A DNA stretch of 64,000 bases from an uncultured bacterium (GTDB taxonomy: Bacteria; Verrucomicrobiota; Lentisphaeria; Victivallales; UBA1829), in NCBI GenBank assembly GCA_902802585.1, contig CADCMR010000006.1, positions 11,468 to 75,467 of the forward strand, written 5' to 3'. The translations under genes were made by a program, and so were the position numbers. Of this stretch, positions 46,696 through 55,166 are shown piece after piece; within the stretch, counting starts at the first letter, position 1; every line of letters begins with the position of its first letter. The notes under the pieces were generated by a model that ran no database searches, was not told the DNA's origin, and worked only from the letters and a program-made list of their open reading frames with translations.

Positions 46696-48438
46696 TCAGA
46701 ATTTCTTGCGGGCGGTGTAGGATGTGTGGAGGAGCTTGTGCGCCAGGTGGCTGCCGGGCTCGCCGAGGTATTCTTCGTAGAGCTTCTGGATGGACTTGTT
46801 CTGGTGGGACTTGCGAATCGGGTGATTCAGGTCGTCCTGGTAGAGCGCTTCCATACGCTTCTTGATGATCTCGGTATTGCCGTGGTGGTAGGGCTGGCCG
46901 CCGCCATCGATGCAGCCGCCGGGGCAAGCCATGATCTCAATAGCATGGTACTTGGCTTCGCCGGCTTTGATCTTCTCGAGGAGCTTGCGGGCGTTGCCGA
47001 GACCGGAGCAGATCGCAGCTTTGAGCTTGATGCCGCCGACGTCGACTTCGGCTTCCTTGATGCCTTCGAGGCCGCGGACAGGCGTGTAGTCGATCTCCTG
47101 CACGTCCTTGCCGGAGAGGATGTCGGCCGCGGTACGGAGCGCGGCTTCGAGCACGCCGCCGGACGTACCGAAAATGGTGGCGGCGCCGGTGCCTTCTCCG
47201 AGCGGAGAATCGTATTCGGAATCCTCAAGCTTGTCGAACTGGATGCCGGCTTCGTGGAACATCTCGGCGAGTTCACGGGTGGTCAGGACGATATCGACGT
47301 CGCGGACGCCGTCGCGGGTGAACTCGGGACGGGCGGCCTCGTACTTCTTGGCGAGGCAGGGCATGACGGAGACGACGATGAGGTCTTCCGGCTTGATGCC
47401 GGTCTTCTCGCAGTAGTAGCTCTTGGCGATCGCGCCGAACATCTGCTGCGGAGACTTGGCGGTGGAGGGCATGTAGGTGAGTTCGGGGAACTGGTGTTCG
47501 AGGAATTTGACCCAGCCGGGGCAGCAGCTGGTAAGGATCGGGAGGTTCTCGTTCTTCTTGATGCGTTCGATCAGCTCGGTACCCTCTTCCATGATGGTGA
47601 GGTCGGCGGAGAAGTTGGTGTCGAACACCTTGTCCGCGCCGAGCATCTTCAGGGCGGTGACCATCTTGCCGGTGCTGATGGAGCCGGGCTCCATGCCGAA
47701 GGCTTCGCCGATGGCGACACGGACGGCGGGAGCGGTCTGGAAGACGACGGTCTTGGTCTTGTCGTTGAGGGCGCGCCAGACATCGTACTTGTAGTTGATC
47801 TCGGTGAGCGCGCCGACGGGGCACGCCTGGACGCACTGGCCGCAGAAGACGCACTGCGTGTCGGCAAGCTTCTTGAGACCGGCGGGAGCGACGACGGCGT
47901 GGAATCCGCGGCCGACGCCGGAGAGGACGCCGACAGTCTGGATATTGTTGCAGGCGTTTTCGCAGCGGCGGCACATGATGCACTTGTCAAGGTCGCGGCG
48001 GATGGCGGCGCTGCTCTCGTCGAGCTCGTACGTGGACTGCTCGCCGCTGTACTGCAGGTTGTGGACGCCGAGCTCTTCGGCGATCTTCTGAAGTTCGCAG
48101 TTCAGGCTCTTCGGGCAGGTGAGGCAATCTTTCGGATGGTCCGAAAGGAGCAGGTCGAGGATGGCGCGGCGCGCGTTGATGGCGCGGAGCGTGTTGGTGT
48201 GGACGACCATGCCTTCCATGACGGGCGTGCAGCAGGCGGGCGCCAGGTTGGGGCGCTTTTCGACCTCGACGACGCAGATACGGCAGGAACCGCATCTGTG
48301 CTCGACGTGGAATGCATCCATCTTGAAATGGCAGAGAGTCGGGATTTTGATATCGAGTTTTTCCGCGGCTTCGAGGATGGTGGAACCGGCCTCGACAGCA
48401 ACGGCTTTATCGTTGATGGTAAGATTGACGGTGCTCAT
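46696..48438 (-). CDS. hydA: [FeFe]-hydrogenase catalytic subunit (HydA/HndD)
   Basis: H-cluster motifs TSCCPGW, MPCLAKKYE and EIMACPGGCIDGGG; N-terminal 2Fe-2S, His-ligated 4Fe-4S and 2x4Fe-4S domains. Confidence 0.96.
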   Translation of the reverse strand: MSTVNLTINDKAVAVEAGSTILEAAEKLDIKIPTLCHFKMDAFHVEHRCGSCRICVVEVEKRPNLAPACCTPVMEGMVVHTNTLRAINARRAILDLLLSDHPKDCLTCPKSLNCELQKIAEELGVHNLQYSGEQSTYELDESSAAIRRDLDKCIMCRRCENACNNIQTVGVLSGVGRGFHAVVAPAGLKKLADTQCVFCGQCVQACPVGALTEINYKYDVWRALNDKTKTVVFQTAPAVRVAIGEAFGMEPGSISTGKMVTALKMLGADKVFDTNFSADLTIMEEGTELIERIKKNENLPILTSCCPGWVKFLEHQFPELTYMPSTAKSPQQMFGAIAKSYYCEKTGIKPEDLIVVSVMPCLAKKYEAARPEFTRDGVRDVDIVLTTRELAEMFHEAGIQFDKLEDSEYDSPLGEGTGAATIFGTSGGVLEAALRTAADILSGKDVQEIDYTPVRGLEGIKEAEVDVGGIKLKAAICSGLGNARKLLEKIKAGEAKYHAIEIMACPGGCIDGGGQPYHHGNTEIIKKRMEALYQDDLNHPIRKSHQNKSIQKLYEEYLGEPGSHLAHKLLHTSYTARKKF

Positions 48439-48460
48439 AGTAGTATAATGCTCCTCTCGG

Positions 48461-50302
48461 TCAGATCTTGGCGATGGCATGGAACTTGCAGGCGTTGAAG
48501 CACGCGCCGCACTTGATGCACTTTGCCTGGTTGATGACGTGTTTCATCTTCTTCTCGCCGGAAATCGCGCCGACCGGGCAGCGCTTGGCGCAGAGACCGC
48601 AGCCGACGCACTTGTCGGTCACGTTGAACTGGATGAGGTTGGCGCAGACGCCGGCGGGGCAGCGGTGGTCCTTCACGTGCGCGAGATATTCGTCTTCGAA
48701 GTTCGCGAGCGTGGAGAGCACCGGGTTCGGGGCGGTCTGGCCGAGGCCGCAGAGGGCGGTGTCCTTGATGGTGGCGGAGAGCGTCTTGAGCTTTTCGAGG
48801 ATCTCCATGTTGCCTTCGCCGGAGGTGATCTTGTTGAGCAGCTCGAGCATACGGCGGTTGCCAACGCGGCACGGGGTGCACTTGCCGCAGGATTCGTCGG
48901 CGGTGAAGTCGAGGAAGAACTTGGCGATGTTGACCATGCAGTCATCCTCGTCCATGACGATCATGCCGCCGGACCCCATCATGGAGCCGATAGACTTGAG
49001 GGCTTCGTAGTCGATCTGGAGGTCGAGGTTCTTCTTGGTGATGCAGCCGCCGGACGGACCGCCGGTCTGCACGGCCTTGAATTCGCGGCCGTCCTTGATG
49101 CCGCCGCCGATCTCGTAGATGATCTGGCGGAGGGTCATGCCCATCGGGACTTCGGCGAGACCGACCTTGGAGATCTTGCCGGCGAGGGCGAAGACCTTCG
49201 TGCCCGGGGAACCGGCTGTGCCGAGGCCCTTGAACCAGTCGGGGCCCTTGCGAATGATCGCCGCGATGCAGGCGTAGGTTTCGACGTTGTTCACGACGGT
49301 CGGGCGCTTCCAGAGTCCCTGGATGGCGGGGAACGGGGGCTTGAACGTGGGTTCGCCGCGCTGGCCTTCGATGGAGTGGATGAGGGCGGTTTCCTCGCCG
49401 CAGACGAACGCGCCCGCGCCGAACTTGATCTCAAGCTTGAAATCGAAGCCGCTGCCGAAGATGTTCTTGCCGAGGAAGCCCTTTTCCTCCGCCTGTTTGA
49501 TGGCGTTTTCGAGGCGCTTCACAGCAAGCGGATATTCCGCGCGGATGTAGATGACGCCGTTGTGCGCGCCGATCGCGTAGCCGCCGATCGCCATTGCTTC
49601 GAGGACGGCGTTCGGGTCGCCTTCGAGCACGGCGCGGTCCATGAACGCGCCCGGGTCGCCTTCGTCGGCGTTGCAGATGATGAACTTTTCGCCTTCGGGC
49701 TGGGCAGCGGCGAAGGACCATTTCTTACCGGTGGGGAAGCCCGCGCCGCCGCGACCGCGGAGGTTGGAGGCGGAGATCACGTCGATGACATCCTGGGGCT
49801 TCATGGTGGTAACGACCTTGGCGAGGGCGGAATAGCCGCCTTCTGCGACGTACTGGTCGATGTCTTCGGGATTGATGCGGCCGGTGTTGCGGAGGACGAT
49901 GCGCGCCTGGAGTTCGCCTTCGGCGGGGGATTCATCTTCGGGATAGTACCAGCAGCGGTCGATGGTGTGAGTGCCGGTGGCGGGGGCTTCGAGTCCGGCC
50001 TGCATGATAGCGGGGATCTGGTGCGGAGTCACGTCGCCGTAGATGATGCGCTTGCCCTTGTCGTCGGTGAGCATGATGACGGGCTCGGCATAGCAGAGAC
50101 CCATGCAGCCGACTTCAACGACGTCGAAGGCTTCTTCGAGCTTGTTCTCGGTGATGTAGTCGTTGATTGCCTTCAGGACTTCGCCGGTACCGGCGGCGAT
50201 GCCGCACGTTCCCATGGAAACGAGCAGTTTGACGGGCGCGTGCTTACGCGCCTTGAGGGCGGCCGCGTAATCCGCGAGCGCCGCGGGAGACTCAATTCTC
50301 AT
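48461..50302 (-). CDS. hydB: NADH/FMN-binding hydrogenase subunit (HydB/HndC, NuoF-like)
   Basis: LRGRGGAGFPTG, CNADEGDPG, GAFVCGEETAL, ESCGKCTPCR and C-terminal 2x4Fe-4S. Confidence 0.95.
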   Translation of the reverse strand: MRIESPAALADYAAALKARKHAPVKLLVSMGTCGIAAGTGEVLKAINDYITENKLEEAFDVVEVGCMGLCYAEPVIMLTDDKGKRIIYGDVTPHQIPAIMQAGLEAPATGTHTIDRCWYYPEDESPAEGELQARIVLRNTGRINPEDIDQYVAEGGYSALAKVVTTMKPQDVIDVISASNLRGRGGAGFPTGKKWSFAAAQPEGEKFIICNADEGDPGAFMDRAVLEGDPNAVLEAMAIGGYAIGAHNGVIYIRAEYPLAVKRLENAIKQAEEKGFLGKNIFGSGFDFKLEIKFGAGAFVCGEETALIHSIEGQRGEPTFKPPFPAIQGLWKRPTVVNNVETYACIAAIIRKGPDWFKGLGTAGSPGTKVFALAGKISKVGLAEVPMGMTLRQIIYEIGGGIKDGREFKAVQTGGPSGGCITKKNLDLQIDYEALKSIGSMMGSGGMIVMDEDDCMVNIAKFFLDFTADESCGKCTPCRVGNRRMLELLNKITSGEGNMEILEKLKTLSATIKDTALCGLGQTAPNPVLSTLANFEDEYLAHVKDHRCPAGVCANLIQFNVTDKCVGCGLCAKRCPVGAISGEKKMKHVINQAKCIKCGACFNACKFHAIAKI

Positions 50303-50342
50303 ATTGGTTATTCTCCATGATTAATCGGTGGAAGGGGGTCGA

Positions 50343-50870
50343 TCAGTCTTTGCAGTCGTCCAGGAGTCCCTGGACTTTTTCCGGGGTCATGTGGCCGTAG
50401 ACTTTGCCGTTGACCATGACGACGGGAGCCATGCTGCATGCGCCGAGGCAGCGGAGGACGCCGAGGAAGTATTTTCCATCGGCAGTAGTCTCGCCCTCGG
50501 AGACGCCGAGCTTGCGCTTGAGTTCGTCGACGACCTGCGCCGCGCCCTTGACGAAGCAGGCGGTGCCGGTGCAGACGTTGATGGCGTAGCGGCCGATTGG
50601 CTTGTCCGTGAAGAAGCTGTAGAAGCTGATCACGCCGTAGACTTCCGCGAGGGAGATGCCAAGGCGTTCGGCGACGAACGACTGGACTTCGACCGGGAGA
50701 TAGCCGAAGAGGGACTGTGCCTTGTGAAGCGTCTGGATCAGGAATCCGCGCTTACGGGTCGGGTTGTCCGCGAGAGGCAGACTTTTGATGTAGGCGTCGA
50801 GTGCCTCCATCTGGGAGGATTTGCGGGAGGACATCTCGCAAACTCCGTTCACGCAATGCATTTCACCCAT
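50343..50870 (-). CDS. hydC: 2Fe-2S hydrogenase subunit (HydC/HndA, NuoE-like)
   Basis: VCTGTACFVKGA and RCLGACSMAP motifs; GGAGG upstream of the ATG at 50870. Confidence 0.93.
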   Translation of the reverse strand: MGEMHCVNGVCEMSSRKSSQMEALDAYIKSLPLADNPTRKRGFLIQTLHKAQSLFGYLPVEVQSFVAERLGISLAEVYGVISFYSFFTDKPIGRYAINVCTGTACFVKGAAQVVDELKRKLGVSEGETTADGKYFLGVLRCLGACSMAPVVMVNGKVYGHMTPEKVQGLLDDCKD

Positions 50871-50916
50871 GTTTGAATGAGCCTCCAATGTAGAGAGTTA
50901 GGGATATGGTTTAAGG

Positions 50917-50978
50917 TTGTGAAAAGGGTCTCACGATAAATCGTTCCGTAATATACTCCGCACTTAGGATAAAAGCAA
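50917..50978 (-). promoter_or_regulatory. hyd operon promoter with Rex-like operator
   Basis: TTGCTT-N17-TATATT (50978-50950), followed by GTGAGAC-CCTT-TTCACAA (50934-50917), which matches 11 of 14 positions of TTGTGAA-N4-TTCACAA. Confidence 0.5.
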
Positions 50979-51125
50979 GCCCAATTCGATAAAAAAATAT
51001 TGAATTCTTCGACTTTTTTATTTAATATTTAAAATGCGAAGATTCCGGAATACCTTCCAGAACAAAAGAATCGCGACGGAAGGGGATGCTCCGCCGTGAA
51101 CATACGGGAAAATGCGTTAGGACAC

Positions 51126-51818
51126 CTAAATACCGGATTCTGTTTCTCCGTTTTCGTCCAGGATCTCGAAATTCGGCTCAAGGAAAGCGTAGAGGTAATC
51201 CACTTTTTTCTTTTCCATTTCCATCGTGCCGTCTTCCCACGCCGCGACATTCTCTTCTGTCTCGTCCATCATGGACGCCGCTTCTTTTCTTGTTTTGCCC
51301 CCTTCATACATCATCGCCATGATTTCTTTCGGACTCGGCCTGATTTCCCTTTTCCTGATGGCAAATGGGATTTCGACCGGCTCCAGCACATCGCCCAGAA
51401 CAACCCTTAAACGGGGCTTTCCCGAAATTGATGAATACCGGATATCCAACACTTCCGTACAAAGGTTCGGATAATTCCTGTATTTCCGGAACATGAGAGT
51501 GAAAACGACGAGATTTTCTCCTTTCTGGTACTCGTCCGCCGTCGATTCGGATTCATCATCCAGTATTTCTTCGGGTACGGGGAGACCGCGAACCGCATAG
51601 TTCCAAGCGGTCATACCCATTCTCCAAAGATTCATGCGCCCATTGAAATCAAGCCTGAATTTGTCATTCACCAGCCTATACTCCAACGGAGCACAAATAT
51701 CCATAATGGCATCGGCTATGTGATCGACCCTTGCCTGCTCCAGTTTCGCCGAAGCAGCCTTCTGTGCCTTCAGTTTTGCCCGGCGTTTTGCTTCCCTGTC
51801 GTGTCCGGATTTTGGCAT
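51126..51818 (-). CDS. Hypothetical protein with C-terminal XRE-like HTH
   Basis: Basic N-terminus; C-terminal PSPKEI.AM...GKTRKEAASMMDETEENVAAWEDG resembles HTH_3. Visibly more AT-rich than its neighbours. Confidence 0.65.
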   Translation of the reverse strand: MPKSGHDREAKRRAKLKAQKAASAKLEQARVDHIADAIMDICAPLEYRLVNDKFRLDFNGRMNLWRMGMTAWNYAVRGLPVPEEILDDESESTADEYQKGENLVVFTLMFRKYRNYPNLCTEVLDIRYSSISGKPRLRVVLGDVLEPVEIPFAIRKREIRPSPKEIMAMMYEGGKTRKEAASMMDETEENVAAWEDGTMEMEKKKVDYLYAFLEPNFEILDENGETESGI

Positions 51819-51870
51819 GATAGCTCATTTCATTCAGCTTGTTTTTGTACGGAAGTACGTCGCATTCCGC

Positions 51871-52479
51871 CTACTGAAGCTGGTTCAGGAAGGATTCGCT
51901 CAAATTGCGGATTGCCTGGACCGTGCCGCCGAGCGTCTGCCGCTCATCGTCGTTCATGTCCGGGATCACTTCCTGTTCGATGGCGCTGATGTTCTGCAGG
52001 GCGGACTGGGCGCGCGCAACGGCGTCGGCGCGTTGCTGGTCGTTCATTCCCGCGGCGAGCTGCCCCGCGTTGGCGGTGACGGCGTTGAGGATGACGTTCA
52101 CGATGCCGAGCGCGAACTTCGTCTTGTTCTTGTCCTCCTCGGACTGTTCGCGGTAGGTATCGAGCGCCTGCCAGGCGGATTCGACCGCCTCCTCGGGGGT
52201 CTGATTGTGGAACTCCTTGGGCTGCTCGCCTCCGTTGTCCGCGGCGTTGTTCTGCTGGACGGGAGCCATGCCGGAGAACGTGGAGCCGATGTCGACTTTG
52301 CGGCGGACTCTCGGTCCGTGGCGGCGTTCGGGCTCGGGCTGTTCGACCTCCGCCACGGTCTCTTTCTCCGCGGGCGGAGGCGTATTGGTGTTCTGGAGGA
52401 TCTTGACCGTGGCGACGGCGAGGAAGGCAATGAGGATGACGCCGCAGACGGCGACAAGGATCGTGTTTCTCTTTTCCAT
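51871..52479 (-). CDS. Hypothetical membrane-anchored helical protein, paralog C
   Basis: N-terminal TM, Pro/Glu linker; similar to 52514..53095. Confidence 0.8.
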   Translation of the reverse strand: MEKRNTILVAVCGVILIAFLAVATVKILQNTNTPPPAEKETVAEVEQPEPERRHGPRVRRKVDIGSTFSGMAPVQQNNAADNGGEQPKEFHNQTPEEAVESAWQALDTYREQSEEDKNKTKFALGIVNVILNAVTANAGQLAAGMNDQQRADAVARAQSALQNISAIEQEVIPDMNDDERQTLGGTVQAIRNLSESFLNQLQ

Positions 52480-52513
52480 GGGGGTTCTATGTCCTTTTCC
52501 CGATAGGTTCGAC

Positions 52514-53095
52514 TCAGAAAAGCGCGGAGTTCATGAGGGATTCGTTGAGGTTGCGCATGGACTGGAACACGCCGCCGAACACCTGCATTTCCTCGTTGGT
52601 CACATCGTACATCATCTCCTCCTGAATGGCGTCGAGGAGGTCCAGCGAGCCGCCCGCGGCCTGGAGGAGCTGGTCACGCTGTTCCGGGGTCATCCGCTGA
52701 ACGAACTGGCCGGCGTTCTGCGCGATACCGTTGACCATGTATGAAGCCATGTTCATGACCATCGCCATCTGCTGTTTTTCCTGCGGAGACGCTTCGCGGT
52801 AGGAATTGAGGATGTCCCTGGCGGCATCGACGGCCTCCTCACGGGTGGGCATGCCCTGAACCTGGTCGCCCTGCATCGGCATCATGCGGTTGATGCTGGA
52901 GTTGACGTCGCGTCTGCGGCGCGGCTTCGGCTGTTCTTCTGGCTCGGGTTCCGGTTCTTCGACGACGGGTTCTTCGACGACCACGACCGTCGGCGCGACG
53001 GTGTCCTTGTGCTTCTTCAGCAGGATGAAGCCTCCTACGACGAGCGCGGCGGCGAGGATGAGGACGACGGGCAGGATGATGTTGTTCTTATTCAT
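52514..53095 (-). CDS. Hypothetical membrane-anchored helical protein, paralog D
   Basis: N-terminal TM, EPEPEPE linker; shares EEAV..A, YRE, NAGQ and GG..Q..RNL.ES with 51871..52479. Confidence 0.8.
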   Translation of the reverse strand: MNKNNIILPVVLILAAALVVGGFILLKKHKDTVAPTVVVVEEPVVEEPEPEPEEQPKPRRRRDVNSSINRMMPMQGDQVQGMPTREEAVDAARDILNSYREASPQEKQQMAMVMNMASYMVNGIAQNAGQFVQRMTPEQRDQLLQAAGGSLDLLDAIQEEMMYDVTNEEMQVFGGVFQSMRNLNESLMNSALF

Positions 53096-53255
53096 GATCG
53101 GGTTCCTTAAATGTTGGTTTTGATCTAATATGTTACTAAATCACGCTTTTCGCGGATTGTCAAGCAGAAATGACGTTTTTTTTCGGAAAAAAGTCGTTCG
53201 GTTTTTATGAGAAACAGACGGATTTTTTGTTTGGGCAAGTGTAATTATTTCGAGT

Positions 53256-54122
53256 TCAGGCGAGTTCGGCGGCATCGGCTTCCGGGTCCGGTTCCACGCC
53301 CTCGCTGGCCTTGATGTACTGGCCGCAGAGGTAGCAGTTGCAGAAGAGATAGCAGAAACACAATGCGAGCAGCGAGAAGATGATGCCGACCGAGAGCAGA
53401 ATCCACGCGATGAGTGGCGGACACTGCCTGGAGATGAACGTGAAAATCGCGTTGGAACCGAAAACAAGGCAGAAAAGCCAGTACAGGATCACCAACATGC
53501 CGACGATCCCGAGCAGGAACTCCTTCCATATCTTCAGCAGGAGCAACAGCGAACGCCAAAGCATCTTAAACGGGTTGACTGTCTTGTCTCGAGTCAGCAC
53601 CGGGATCACGATGCACATGGAAGCGACCCACATGAAATTAAACGGGGTAATCAGCAGGGACCAGGTCACCAGACTCCAAAAATGGGAGGCGGCAGTGCAC
53701 CAGCCGCGTTTGAAGTCGGCTCTCTGACCATTCCACACACGGATGATCTCGCTGTCCAGCGTGAGCAGCAGGAAATTCGAAATGAACGTGCCGAAGAACT
53801 GGATGGTCAGTGCGACCGCAAGCAATATGACCTTGTGCTCCTGTTGATTGTAAAATGCATTGAATTCCTCTTGCGTGCGGCACGGCTGCCCCATCATAGC
53901 GGGGTAGAGAAAGAAGCCACCGAGGAACAGTCCGATGTAAAACACCTGAAGCATGAGGTTCACGGAGGCGAGGTTGAGCAGTACGGAGTCGCGGACGGAA
54001 ATCTGGAGCGCGTTTTTCAGCATTCTGCGGACGGAGGCAACTGTGGATTCGGATTTGACGGGCGCGGACGCGTCGGCGATCAGAGTATCGGAGGAAATCA
54101 TGGAAGAAGACCTTTCATTCAT
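53256..54122 (-). CDS. Hypothetical membrane protein co-transcribed with the GntR regulator
   Basis: 288 aa with 5-6 hydrophobic segments; overlaps the regulator stop (ATAA/ATG junction). Confidence 0.7.
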   Translation of the reverse strand: MNERSSSMISSDTLIADASAPVKSESTVASVRRMLKNALQISVRDSVLLNLASVNLMLQVFYIGLFLGGFFLYPAMMGQPCRTQEEFNAFYNQQEHKVILLAVALTIQFFGTFISNFLLLTLDSEIIRVWNGQRADFKRGWCTAASHFWSLVTWSLLITPFNFMWVASMCIVIPVLTRDKTVNPFKMLWRSLLLLLKIWKEFLLGIVGMLVILYWLFCLVFGSNAIFTFISRQCPPLIAWILLSVGIIFSLLALCFCYLFCNCYLCGQYIKASEGVEPDPEADAAELA

Positions 54123-54526
54123 TTGCTGTTTATCGTGATGACGGCGTGTTTCGCGGTCAGGTAGTCGGAAACGTCCTGCTCCGAGATGCCAAACATCCCG
54201 GCGGACGTGACCAGTGAGGCGAATAGTGTGTCCAGATGGCGCTGTTTCTCCTCATCGGTGAGCGTGTGGCGGGCGTCGGCGCGTTCGGCGACGAAACAGC
54301 CCATGCCGCGGCGGGTTTCGATCAGTCCCGCGAGTTCAAGTTCGCGGTACGCCTTCGCCACCGTGTTCGGATTCACGTTCAGCTCGGCGGTCACGTCGCG
54401 AATCGACGGGATCTTTTCGCCCGGGGAAAGCGCCCCGGAGAGGATCTTCCCGGAGAGCAGCTGGACGATCTGCCGGTAGATCGGGACCCCGGATGAGAAG
54501 TTCAAGGTCAGTTCGGAAACATTCAT
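54119..54526 (-). CDS. GntR-family transcriptional regulator, YtrA subfamily
   Basis: PIYRQI, PGEKIPSIR, VNPNTVAKAYRELE and RRGMGCFV motifs; short C-terminal domain. Confidence 0.92.
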   Translation of the reverse strand: MNVSELTLNFSSGVPIYRQIVQLLSGKILSGALSPGEKIPSIRDVTAELNVNPNTVAKAYRELELAGLIETRRGMGCFVAERADARHTLTDEEKQRHLDTLFASLVTSAGMFGISEQDVSDYLTAKHAVITINSK

Positions 54527-54571
54527 GGTTCGGAAAAATCTCCGTTGGGGTTAAAGTGTATTTGTTTCGCA

Positions 54572-54593
54572 GTGTACTATTAAAATAGCACAC
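54572..54593. promoter_or_regulatory. Palindromic operator, probable YtrA-type autoregulatory site
   Basis: GTGTACTAT-taaa-ATAGCACAC about 45 bp upstream of the regulator, overlapping a TTGACA (minus strand, 54604-54609) promoter region. Confidence 0.65.
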
Positions 54594-54656
54594 CATAACA
54601 CACTTGTCAAGCCATGTTCTGGATTTTTCTCAAAAAAAGTTGGAAACAGAACCGAC

Positions 54657-54908
54657 GGGAATGAGGCGGAACAGAAAAATGCTTTCGCGCACACACGCTA
54701 GTTTCAGTTAAAACTACCATCTTTTAACTGAAACTAGACTTGATTTTCCGGTTTTGTTCTCCAAGTTCGGATTGTTTTGCGAAAAAAACACTGGTTTCGG
54801 GACTGAGGGAATGAGGCGGAACAGAAAAATGCTTTCGCGCACAAGCGCTAGTTTCAGTTAAAACTACCAACTTTTAACTGAAACTAGACTTGATTTTCCG
54901 GTTTTGTT
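54657..54908. repeat. Two 102-bp direct repeats (54657-54758, 54807-54908), each with a perfect 16-8-16 inverted repeat
   Basis: The copies differ at 3 positions. Arms CTAGTTTCAGTTAAAA / TTTTAACTGAAACTAG with spacers CTACCATC and CTACCAAC. Confidence 0.95.
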
Positions 54909-55166
54909 TGCTGTTTTTTCCAGAGAGGATTCTGAAAGGGGGAAATGGGCGGATGGCGGAACGGAATCCTATCCAACGCCGTCCGGATACGGTTGCGCCA
55001 TTTTTCCATCGTTTTCCTCCGAAATCCGGTCTTTTTCGGGTTTCATATTTGAAAAAAACCCGTTTCGGCTGTATTATAACTTTGTACTGCTTTAGTATGG
55101 ACACGCGCGCCTTCCGCCGCGTACCACAAGGATAAACCAACGCAAAACGGTCAGGAAACGGGAATT

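Noticed and set aside
54701-54884. CRISPR array interpretation of the GTTTC...GAAAC 34-mers
   Set aside because: Only two copies, 116 bp apart, with most of the intervening DNA also repeated and no cas genes in the window. Kept as an unexplained repeat instead.
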